A stretch of DNA of 64,000 nucleotides from an uncultured Acidobacteriaceae bacterium (GTDB taxonomy: Bacteria > Acidobacteriota > Terriglobia > Terriglobales > Acidobacteriaceae). Position 1 is the stretch's first letter; the number at the start of each line of letters is the position of its first letter. Where the stretch lies: assembly GCA_963718395.1 (NCBI GenBank), contig CAVQYW010000003.1, positions 4,513-68,512 of the forward strand. Reading direction: 5' to 3'. The notes beneath the pieces were generated by a model, which worked only from the letters and a program-made list of their open reading frames with translations, was not told the DNA's origin and did not search any database. A program made the translations under genes and the position numbers. Below are positions 41,072-50,166 of this stretch, one piece after another.

Positions 41072-43514
41072 ATGAATCGCAACCGGTTGTTCTGCTGTGC
41101 TGCGGTAAGTCTGTTCCTGCTGCTTCTGATTTCGTCCTCGTTTGCGCAGTCGACCGTAGGCCCGCGCATCACTCGCGCGGTTAGCGACTCGGATGTCGCG
41201 CTGCTGCCGGGTGGCGTGCATCCCCATGTCGCACACGCCATCGATCAAGGCAGTGTTTCGCCCAACATGCCCATGCAGCCCATGGCTATCTTCTTTAAGC
41301 CGACGGCTGCTCAGCAGGCCGACCTCGACAAGCTTCTGGCCCAGCAGCAGGATCCCGGTTCCCCCAATTACCGCAAGTGGCTGACCCCGGAGCAGTACGG
41401 CAGCCGTTTCGGAATGAACGCGAGCGACCTGGCTAAGGTCACGGCATGGCTGCAATTGCACGGCTTCCGCAATGTGACCGTTTCGCGCAGCCGCAACTCG
41501 ATTACGTTCGACGGCAACGCCGGACAAGCTTCTGCGGCCTTTCGCACGCCCATTCATCAGGTGGTATACAACGGTGAAACCCACTACGCCAATATCGCTT
41601 CCCCGCAATTACCCAGCGCCTTTGCCGGCGCGGTTGCCGGAATCACCTCGCTGAATAATTTCCGCCCGCGCCCCATGTTGATTGCACATTTCACCTCCAG
41701 TATCTCCGGCAACCACTTCCTGATTCCCGGCGACATCGGCACCATCTACAACATCAACAGCCTGTATAACTCGGCCATTAAGGGCGATGGCGAGTCCATC
41801 GCAGTCGTCGGGCAGACTCACGTTAACCCAGAATGACGACGGCACGCATGCCGACATTGACACCTTCCGTTCCCTCAATAGTCTTCCGGCGATTAATCTT
41901 CAGTTTGTCAAGACAGGCAGCCCGACCTACAGCAAGAGCGACGTTGACGAGGCCAATCTCGACCTGGAGTGGAGCGGAGGCATTGCACCGAATGCGGAGA
42001 TATTCTTCGTCTACTCCGATAACGCGCTGTTCACCTCGTTGCCCTATATCGTCACCAACAACCTGGCGCCGGTCATCAGTATCAGCTACGGAGCTTGTGA
42101 GGCCAGCTTCGACTCCACCGACATTGTGACTCTGACGCAAATCCTCACCCAGGCCAACGCCCAAGGTCAGACCATCACCGCCGCCTCGGGCGACAACGGT
42201 GCCGCCGATTGTGATGGAAGCACGCCGCCGGCGACCATGGGCCTCGCCGTAGATGTCCCGGCGGCAACGCCTTATGTCACGGGCATGGGCGGAAGTGAAT
42301 TTACCGGCGACAGTGCGGGAACCGTCACTTGTAATCCCTCCGGTCAAGACTGTGTCGCGGCTGCCGATCCCCCATACTGGAACGGTTCCAGCAGCCCGAC
42401 CGACAATAGTCCCTCCGCCCTCGAATACATTCCTGAGACAACCTGGAACGACACCACCTCCACCACTATCGCCGCCGGCGGTGGCGGCGTCAGTACGCTT
42501 TTCACCAAGCCCACCTGGCAAACCGGTACCGGCGTGCCCGCGGATGGACAGCGCGATGTGCCCGACATTTCGCTCAGTTCGTCTCCCGACCACGACGGAT
42601 ATCTCATCTGCTCCCAGGGAAGCTGCGTCAACGGATTTCGCCAAGGCAGTTGCTCGTCAAGCTCCGACCCGGGCTGCGACCTGGACGTGATCGGTGGAAC
42701 CTCCGTGGGCTCGCCGGTCTTCGCCGGCGTGGTGGCTCTGCTGAACCAGAAGCTCGGAGCACGCCTGGGCAACGTGAACTCCATGCTGTACTCGCTGGCC
42801 GCTAGCGCGCCCACCGTCTTCCACGACATCACGACCGGCAACAACATGGTGCCCTGCCAGTCAGGATCGAAGGACTGCGGCGCCAGCGGGATGCTCGGCT
42901 ACAACGCCGGAACCGGCTACGATCTGGCTACCGGATTAGGCTCGATCGACGTGGGAGCTCTGACGTCTGCATGGAACGGCGCGACTACCGGCGACTTCTC
43001 GGTGGCCGCCAGTCCCAGCTCACTGACCATCACCCACGGCACCTCGGCGACCTCCAGCATTGCGATCACTGCCACAGGAGGATTCTCCGGCAGCGTCGCC
43101 CTCACCTGCACGGTATCTTCATCGCTGGGCGCGACCACCTGCTCGCTGAATCCCACCAGCGTTAGTCGCGGGAGCAGAATTCCACGCTGACCATCGTCGC
43201 CACCAGCAGCGCGGCCCTGCATGCGCCTCCGCCTGCCCGGCCACCTGGGAATCGAATTCAGCTTCGGACTGGCCGCCGTGTGCTTCATTCCCTGGAAAGG
43301 CAGCAGCCGGACAGCGACGTCGCTTGCTGCGCCAGATATCGCTCAGCTCTGCTGGGACTGGTATTGGTGGTAGGCCTGATCGCCTGCGGCGGGGCGGCTC
43401 GAACTCGAACAAAACAACAACAATAACTTCACGCCCATCAGTGGAACCGTCACCGTGCAAGGCGTCAGCGGCAGCCTGAGCCACAGCGTCAGCATTCCGG
43501 TGACGATTGACTAA
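41072..43514 (+). pseudogene. secreted S53 (sedolisin/kumamolisin-type) serine peptidase with C-terminal Ig-like region, frameshifted
   Basis: Signal peptide, pro-kumamolisin activation-domain-like region (LTPEQYGSRFG, VTAWLQLHGF), catalytic region (ESIAVVGQT / DLEWSGGIAPNA / SGDNGAADC / GGTSVGSPVFAG). The frame changes near 41800 and several times after 43180. Last block is GTVTVQGVSGSLSHSVSIPVTID. Confidence 0.8.
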
Positions 43515-43520
43515 GAGTGG

Positions 43521-43741
43521 TTAGTAATTAGCGGTTAGTAATTAGTCGTTAGTGGCTCTTGGCTGCAATTAGCAATTGCAATTAGCCAGGTAGTGCGGGC
43601 CTTCAGGCCCGCGTATCCGCATCTTTCTTGGTTGTCATCCCGAGCGGAGCGAGGGACCTGCAGTTTCTTTTCGCTCTGCGCTTTCTCTTTTTAGCCCCTC
43701 GTTTGCTTTCTGGCGAAGAGCGAATGGCGAACGGCAAGAGC
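43521..43741. repeat. intergenic repeat cluster: heptamer arrays, tetraloop hairpin, GTCATCCCGAGC motif
   Basis: TTAGTAA TTAGCGG TTAGTAA TTAGTCG TTAGTGG (43521-43555). GCAATTAGCAATTGCAATTAGCC. Hairpin GCGGGCC-TTCA-GGCCCGC (43595-43612). TGTCATCCCGAGCGGAGCGAGGGA. GGCGAAG AGCGAAT GGCGAAC GGCAAGA (43712-43739). Confidence 0.65.
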
Positions 43742-43876
43742 ATCTTCTGATCTGTGCATCCCGACCAGAGCTGAGGGCAACTTTATACCAGGGCACCGCT
43801 TTTACAGGCTGCAAAAAAGCTCCGATCGCGACTGTTTTGAAGCTTGCCCGAGCACCCGACAAGTCCGTTCACATCT

Positions 43877-44284
43877 TTATTCAGCAGCCTTGAGCGGAAC
43901 ATCCTTTGTCTGGTCGCTGGCGTTGGGGGTGAAGGAACTCAACTGGGACTTGCCGTACCAGCTCCAGATTTCGGCAAAGTAGTACTTTCCGTCGCGCAGC
44001 GCAAAGATGACCTTCAACGGAGGATTCTTGACCGACACAGCGGTCTGGATAAAGTACAAACTCTGTTGTACCTTGCCGTCTTTGCTGCGCAACGTCCCAT
44101 AGGTAGGAGCGATTCGGTCTACTGTGTACTGGCCCGCCGGCAACTTCTCTCCCGAGATATAGAAGTCGAATGGGACATCAATCGTTCCCCGGGTCGGCTT
44201 ACCCTGGGCAACCAGCAGGCTGGGTAGGACCATAGTTAAAATGACGGCGACGCATAGATATCTGAGGGATCGACTATGGTTCAT
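43877..44284 (-). CDS. small secreted hypothetical protein
   Basis: 135 aa with signal peptide MNHSRSLRYLCVAVILTMVLPSLLVAQG. Confidence 0.6.
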   Translation of the reverse strand: MNHSRSLRYLCVAVILTMVLPSLLVAQGKPTRGTIDVPFDFYISGEKLPAGQYTVDRIAPTYGTLRSKDGKVQQSLYFIQTAVSVKNPPLKVIFALRDGKYYFAEIWSWYGKSQLSSFTPNASDQTKDVPLKAAE

Positions 44285-44542
44285 CTGGCTCTCCTGAGCT
44301 CTGACCTTTGCGAGAGCAATCTTGCCGCGGATTTCCTTCTTGGCCTTGAGAACGGCACCATAGTAAACCGTCTCGCCGCTTCGCGACAGCTGTGAAACCG
44401 AGTTTTCATCGAGCGCGCTCCCGACACTCTGTCATTCGCACCGGCAGCGCCCGAGCAGAGCCGGCGAGCACCCGGACGCGAATCGTTGCCAACCCCAGGA
44501 AACAGTCCCTTCGACAAGCTCTGGGCAGGCTCTTCACTTGGT

Positions 44543-45103
44543 TCAGGATGACAAAGGTAAGGGGAGAATGTGCTGCTCCACCCAGGGCCCCACCCACTGC
44601 GCCGCCACCTCTTCCGGCAGGGTGCCGGAGCTGGCGTCGTGCATCAGGATGTCGCCCGCGCGTTTGGCGCCCAGCTGGGTGAGCAGCGCGTCGAAGCGCA
44701 GGCCGCCCTGGCAGTAGGTGTCTTTATAAGTGCGATCGCCGAGCGCAATCACCCCGTAAGTCACTCCCGACAAGTCGGGTCGCTGAGTTTCGAGACTGTT
44801 GAACAGTGCCTGCGCGTTGTCGGGAACGTCTCCCTGGCCGTAGGTGGAGGTGCAGAGCAGGTAGGGGCCGCTGCCGGAGAGCGCGCCGGCGTCGAGGCCG
44901 TCCATCATCTGGATGCCGGCCTGGTGGCCAGCCGCCTCCAACGCGGTCTGCACCTCTTGCGCCACCATCTCGGCAGTGCCGGTCATGGTGCCAACCAGGA
45001 TTGTGATGTTCAGCGGCAAATTGTCAGGCCCTATCCCGTCAAGTATCCCAATTTGGGAATCACTAACTGCCAATCGGAAGTATAATGCATGTGCCGCTGC
45101 CAT
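44543..45103 (-). CDS. flavodoxin-domain protein
   Basis: ITILVGTMTGTAEMVAQEV ... LLCTSTYGQGDVPDNA ... YGVIALGDRTY are FMN-binding flavodoxin blocks. ATG 45103 is chosen so that the gene does not overlap the divergent boxR. Confidence 0.75.
   Translation of the reverse strand: MAAAHALYFRLAVSDSQIGILDGIGPDNLPLNITILVGTMTGTAEMVAQEVQTALEAAGHQAGIQMMDGLDAGALSGSGPYLLCTSTYGQGDVPDNAQALFNSLETQRPDLSGVTYGVIALGDRTYKDTYCQGGLRFDALLTQLGAKRAGDILMHDASSGTLPEEVAAQWVGPWVEQHILPLPLSS
45081..45090 (+). promoter_or_regulatory. candidate -10 box plus TGCA half-site upstream of boxR
   Basis: TATAATGCAT lies about 63 nt upstream of ATG 45153. The identical 10-mer recurs at 46270-46279 in front of boxC. Confidence 0.35.
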
Positions 45104-45152
45104 GCCGTCTCCGCGTGGAATGGCGGGTTGGAGTGGCTGAGTCCATGGCAGA

Positions 45153-46184
45153 ATGCCGCACGAACTTGCCACGCCGATGATTCCGCAAACGACCGACGCT
45201 GGCTTCCTGAAGCTGCTGGGGGACCGTGTGCGCGAGGCTCGCGCCCGGCGCGGCATGACCCGCAAAATCCTCGCCCGCGACTCCGGAGTATCCGAGCGTT
45301 ACCTTGCCCAGCTTGAAACCGGTCAGGGCAACGTCTCAATCCTGCTGCTGCGCGACATTGCGCGCGCGCTCGACATTCCCTTGGAGGCACTCATCTACGA
45401 CGGGCCTGAGCCTCCGATTGATCTGGTCCATACTACCGAATTCCTGCGGCGCTTGGCACCGGACGACATGGCACAAGCCCGCAACCTGCTCGTCGAACAT
45501 TTCGGCGGCATCGATCTTGCCGCGCGACGTGGCCGCATTGCTTTGATTGGACTGCGGGGAGCAGGAAAATCAACCCTCGGCGCCCTACTGGCGGAGCGCC
45601 TGGAAGTTCCCTTTCTCGAACTCGACCGATTGATCGAGCAGGAAAGCGGCGTCTCGCTCAGCGCCATCTTCGATTTATATGGACAGAGCGGCTTTCGGCG
45701 ATTAGAGCGGCGCTGCCTCGACGACGTAATCGAACGCTTCCCGCGATTCGTGCTGGCGACTGGCGGCAGCCTGGTGTCGGAACCGGCGACCTTCGAGCGG
45801 CTGCTCACCATGTGCTACACCGTATGGCTGCGCGCGACGCCGGAAGATCACATGCAGCGCGTAATCGCCCAGGGGGACATGCGCCCTATGGCTGATAATC
45901 GCGAGTCGATGGCGGACTTGCAGCGCATTTTGGCGGTCCGTGAGCCGCTGTATAGCAAGGCCGACTTGTCGGTAGACACCAGCAGAGAAACGCTGGAAGC
46001 GGCGACGGCGATGATACTGCAGGCCGTCCTGAGCGCCGCCCAGCAGCCAGCTTTCCGGCACGAAAACGGCCATCAGAAATCCATTGAAAACCACCGGCGA
46101 GAGCGCATGGAAGAAGGGTCAGAATGGGGAGGGCGGCAAGCCGGGGCGCCAAAAGTCGGGGCGAAAGTGAGGGAAAATGAATGA
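45153..46184 (+). CDS. boxR: BoxR/BzdR-type regulator (XRE HTH fused to shikimate-kinase-like domain)
   Basis: HTH LLGDRVREARARRGMTRKILARDSGVSERYLAQLETGQGNVSILLLRDIARAL. P-loop IALIGLRGAGKST and a shikimate-kinase-like remainder. The tail is about 45 aa longer than I expect for the family. Confidence 0.8.
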   Translation: MPHELATPMIPQTTDAGFLKLLGDRVREARARRGMTRKILARDSGVSERYLAQLETGQGNVSILLLRDIARALDIPLEALIYDGPEPPIDLVHTTEFLRRLAPDDMAQARNLLVEHFGGIDLAARRGRIALIGLRGAGKSTLGALLAERLEVPFLELDRLIEQESGVSLSAIFDLYGQSGFRRLERRCLDDVIERFPRFVLATGGSLVSEPATFERLLTMCYTVWLRATPEDHMQRVIAQGDMRPMADNRESMADLQRILAVREPLYSKADLSVDTSRETLEAATAMILQAVLSAAQQPAFRHENGHQKSIENHRRERMEEGSEWGGRQAGAPKVGAKVRENE

Positions 46185-46263
46185 AAACTGCCGGTTTTCG
46201 ATCGAAAGCCAGTCCAAAATTCCATTTTTTCTGACCCCGCGAATTCCCGTAATGGGACTCGAA

Positions 46264-46279
46264 ATGCACTATAATGCAT
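46264..46279 (+). promoter_or_regulatory. candidate boxC promoter/BoxR operator: TGCA-N6-TGCA overlapping a perfect TATAAT
   Basis: ATGCACTATAATGCAT has TGCA at 46265 and 46275, and TATAAT at 46270-46275. It lies about 90 nt upstream of the boxC ATG. No good -35 was seen. Confidence 0.45.
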
Positions 46280-46367
46280 CTCATAACTTTAGATATTTTT
46301 GGCCGCTTGGGGCGCCCGGGCTCGCTGCAACCCAGCGCCTGCCCTTTCCCAAGATTGAGGAGAGCTT

Positions 46368-48052
46368 ATGCCTGAAGTGCTCGAAGCACAGCAGATGATT
46401 ACTTTCGATGCTGCCTGGTGGCGAGTATCGCCATTGGCGGCTGTCGGTTGACGGCCGCATCGCCACCATCGCGATGGACGTAAACGAGGACTGCCCGTCT
46501 GAAGCCCGGCTACAAGCTGAAGCTGAACTCCTACGATCTGGGCGTCGACATCGAGCTGCACGATCTGCTGCAGCGCATTCGCTTCGAGCATCCTGAAGTC
46601 GCATGCGTGGTGCTGACCAGCGCCAAGGAGCGCATGTTTTGCGCCGGCGCAAATATCTACATGCTGGGCTACGTCGTCGCACGCCTGGAAGGTGAATTTC
46701 TGCAAGTTCACCAACGAGACGCGCAACGGCATGGAAGATTCCAGCCGGCACGATGGGCTGCGCTTCGTTGCGGCGTTGAACGGTACTACCGCCGGCGGTG
46801 GTTATGAGCTGGCGCTCGCCTGCGACGAAATCTTGCTGGTAGACGATCGCTCCAGCGCTGTGAGTTTGCCCGAGGTTCCGTTGCTCGGCGTATTGCCCGG
46901 AACCGGCGGCCTTACTCGCGTGGTCGATAAGCGCCACGTGCGCCGCGACCTGGCGGACGCGTTCTGCACCAATCCCGATGGCGTGAAAGGCGAACGCGCC
47001 AAGCAATGGGGATTGGTGGACGACATTGCTCCGCCGGCAAAATTTCAGGCCGCTGGTGCGCGCCAGCGCGCCGAAGCGCATGATCGCCGACTCGACGCGC
47101 GATGCTAAAAGCCAAGGGCATCAAGCTGACGGCGCTCGACCGTCGCATCGATCATCTTGGCTATCACTACAAATATGTTGACGTGGAGTTTGATCGCGCC
47201 GCGGTCGCACGGTGACGCTTACAGTGCGCGGTCCGGAAGGCTTGCAGCCGATGGAGGTCGGACGCTATCCACGCCGAGGGCGACCAGTGGTGGCCGCTGC
47301 TCATGGCGCGCGAACTGGATGACGCCATCCTGATGCTGCGGGTGAACGAGCCGGAGCTGGGACTTGCTTCTGCTGAAGACCGCCGGCAGCATCGATGCCG
47401 TGCTTGCTTCGCGATAAGGTGATGCTCGAGCAACCGCACCGATTGGCTGGTGCGCGAGACAATCGGAATGTTGCGCCGCACCTTCGCCCGCCTCGATGTC
47501 TCGTCGCGCAGCATGTATGCGCTGATCGAGCCCGGCTCATGCTTTGCCGGCATGTTGTTTGAGCTGGTGCTGGCGGCGGACCGCAGCTACATGCTGTCGA
47601 TGGCGGAAGAGGACGGCGATGCGCCAAAGATTGCGCTCGATGAGTTCAACTTCGGGTTGCTTCCCGCCGTCAATCAGATTCATCGCCTCAAAATGCGCTG
47701 CACCGGCAAAGCGCAAATCCGCGCAGCCATTATGGAGAGCGTGGGCAATCCGCTGAACACCGAGCAAGCGCTGGAGCTCGGACTGGTTACGTTCGCGCCC
47801 GATGAGCTCGACTGGCAGGACGAAGTGCGCATTGCTATCGAAGAGCGGGTGAGCCTTTCACCCGATGCGCTGACCGGCATGGAGGCAAGCCTGCGCTTCC
47901 CCGGACCGGAGACCCTGGAGACGAAGGTTTTCGGCCGGCTTTCCGCGTGGCAGAACTGGGTATTTATCCGTCCCAATTCGACTGGCGAGCATGGCGCGCT
48001 GAAACTGTTCGGCTCGGGCTCGAAGGCGAAGTTCACGTGGGAAAGGGTTTAG
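46368..48052 (+). pseudogene. boxC: benzoyl-CoA-dihydrodiol lyase BoxC, interrupted by many frameshifts
   Basis: BoxC/crotonase blocks lie in shifting frames: EYRHWRLSVDGRIATIAMDV, KPGYKLKLNSYDLGVDIELHDLLQRIRFEHPEV, VNFCKFTNETRNGMEDSSRHDGLRFVAALNGTTAGGGYELALACDEILLVDDRSSAVSLPEVPLLGVLPGTGGLTRV, and a C-terminal half (47450-48052). GAGGAGAG RBS. Confidence 0.88.
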
Positions 48053-48062
48053 GAGCGGCTCG

Positions 48063-48515
48063 TGGCATTTGGCATTTGGCTTTTGGCAAAACAGGGGTCT
48101 TGCAGAGTAGAGAGAAATTCGGGTTTGCGAGCCTTGTATCAGGGCACGGCTTTAGCCGTGCCGCGAGCCTCCATGATAGTGGCGGGCCTTTAGGCCCGCA
48201 TGATTGTGGCAGGGGCTAAAGCCCGGTGGTTTCGATAGCCCTATCGGCCCGACTGAAGTCGGGCCCTGATACAAACCGCTAGCAGCTGAGTCGCGGAACA
48301 ACTGAATTCGTGCCCTTTTAAAACCGTAGCTTCAGGGGCGACACAAAAGGAGGTCCTTCGGGGACTGAAGTCTCCTCAGGATGACAAATTAATTAGGGGC
48401 ATCGACGCTGGCCTGAAGGCCAGCTCTACCCAACACAGCAGAGCTCGACCGGCTCTGGCCAATGGCCAAAAGCGAAAAGCCAAGAGCGCATAACGAAGGG
48501 CCAATAGGCCAACAG
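48063..48515. repeat. composite intergenic repeat between boxC and boxB
   Basis: TGGCATT TGGCATT TGGCTTT TGGCAAA (48063-48090) faces GCCAATG GCCAAAA GCGAAAA GCCAAGA (48458-48485). Inner palindrome CTTGTATCAGGGC (48133) / GCCCTGATACAAA (48265). Hairpins GGCACGGC-TTTA-GCCGTGCC, GCGGGCC-TTTA-GGCCCGC, GGCCCGAC-TGAA-GTCGGGCC and GCTGGCC-TGAA-GGCCAGC. Confidence 0.7.
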
Positions 48516-48525
48516 GACACACACA

Positions 48526-49950
48526 ATGTCGATCAATTACAGCGAACGCATTCCTAATAACATTGACCTGGGTTCCAATCGCATTCTGCAACGCGCGCTG
48601 GAGCACTGGCAGCCCGAATTTCTGAACTGGTGGCAGGAGCTTGGGCCGCGCGATTTCCAGGTCGCCGATGTGTACCTGCGCACCGCGACTTCGGTCGATG
48701 CCAAAGGCTGGGCGACTTACGGCTTTGTACGCATGCCGGAGTATCGCTGGGGCATCTTTCTCGCCGAACGCGATCCCAATCGCAAGATTGGCTTCGGCGA
48801 CAGCTTTGGGCAAGACGTGTGGCAGCAGATACCGGGCGAGTATCGCGCCACCTTGCGCCGGCTGATCGTCACCCAAGGCGATACCGAGCCTGCATCGGTT
48901 GAGCAGCAGCGCATGCTCGGCCACACCGCGCCTTCACTTTACGACTTGCGAAACCTTTTCCAAGTGAATGTCGAGGAAGGCCGACATTTGTGGGCAATGG
49001 TGTATTTGCTGCATGCCTACTTCGGACGCGATGGCCGCGAGGAGGCTGAGGAGTTGCTCGAGCGTCATTCCGGTGACGCCGACAAGCCACGCATCCTGGG
49101 TACGTTCAACGAGCCGATTCGCGACTGGCTGAGCTTTTTCATGTTTACCTACTTCACTGACCGTGACGGCAAGTTCCAGCTCAAGTCGCTGGCCGAGTCG
49201 AGCTTCGATCCGCTGGCGCGCACCTGCTCGTTCATGCTGACCGAAGAGGCACACCACATGTTCGTGGGCGACACCGGCATTAATCGCGTGATCAAGCGGA
49301 CGCTGGAAGTGATGAAGGAGCTGAACACCGATGATCCAGTGGCCATTCGCCATGCCGGAGCCATCGACCTGCCGACCGTGCAGCGCTACTTGAATTTCTG
49401 GTTCTCCTCATCGCTCGATCTCTTCGGCTCCGAGCAGTCTTCCAACGCCGCTTCTTACTTTGCCAATGGACTCAAAGGCCGTCCCGACGAGGCGCAGTAT
49501 GAAGATCATGTCGCGCGCGAAACCAACTTCGAACTCGGAGTTCCCGACGGTCAGGGCGGCATCAAGAATGAGCATATTGCCATGCGTAATGCCATGAATG
49601 AAGTCACACGCGGCTCGTACGTTCGCGATTGCGACCTGGGCGTGAAGCGCTGGAATCGGCTGATCGAGAAAGCAGGCCACGGCTTCCGGCTGTCGCTGCC
49701 TTCCACGCGCTTCCGTCGCAACATCGGCGCTTGGGCGGGCGTACCAACTGATCTCACAGGCATTCCGATTTCGCAGGAAGAGTTCGACACGCGCAAGCCG
49801 GGGTGGCTGCCCAGCGAGGCCGACCAGGCCTACATCCTCAGCCTGATGCACGGGGTGCACGAGCAGGGCAAGATGGCGTCGTGGATTGCGCCTCCCGATC
49901 GCGGGATCAATAACAATCCGGTGGATTATGAGTATGTGAGGATGGCGTAG
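48526..49950 (+). CDS. boxB: benzoyl-CoA 2,3-epoxidase, diiron oxygenase subunit BoxB
   Basis: 474 aa, uninterrupted. MSINYSERIPNNIDLGSNRILQRALEHWQPEFLNWW, TQGDTEPASVEQQR, NLFQVNVEEGRHLWAMVYLL and MLTEEAHHMFVG match my recollection of Azoarcus BoxB end to end. Confidence 0.93.
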   Translation: MSINYSERIPNNIDLGSNRILQRALEHWQPEFLNWWQELGPRDFQVADVYLRTATSVDAKGWATYGFVRMPEYRWGIFLAERDPNRKIGFGDSFGQDVWQQIPGEYRATLRRLIVTQGDTEPASVEQQRMLGHTAPSLYDLRNLFQVNVEEGRHLWAMVYLLHAYFGRDGREEAEELLERHSGDADKPRILGTFNEPIRDWLSFFMFTYFTDRDGKFQLKSLAESSFDPLARTCSFMLTEEAHHMFVGDTGINRVIKRTLEVMKELNTDDPVAIRHAGAIDLPTVQRYLNFWFSSSLDLFGSEQSSNAASYFANGLKGRPDEAQYEDHVARETNFELGVPDGQGGIKNEHIAMRNAMNEVTRGSYVRDCDLGVKRWNRLIEKAGHGFRLSLPSTRFRRNIGAWAGVPTDLTGIPISQEEFDTRKPGWLPSEADQAYILSLMHGVHEQGKMASWIAPPDRGINNNPVDYEYVRMA

Positions 49951-49973
49951 GGTGCGAAGCGCGCTGCGCTGTC

Positions 49974-50166
49974 GCTATTGGCTATTGGCTTTTGGCCATT
50001 GGCCAGATTAAGACCTCATCGACCAGCATTGAAGTCTGAAAACCAACCAGATGCAAAGCGATAAGTCTGAAAAGCAACCAGGTTCGAACAGTTCTTGCCA
50101 AGAGCCAAGAGCGAACGGCGAAGAGCGGTTTTCTGGCCAAGAGCATGGCGAAAAGCGAACAGCGGC
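49974..50166. repeat. inverted heptamer-array element between boxB and the reductase gene
   Basis: GCTATTG GCTATTG GCTTTTG GCCATTG GCCAGAT (49974-50008) versus GCCAAGA GCCAAGA GCGAACG GCGAAGA GCGG ... GGCCAAGAGC ATGGCGAAAAGCGAACAGCGG (50097-50166). The right arm runs into the first codons of the next ORF. Confidence 0.65.
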
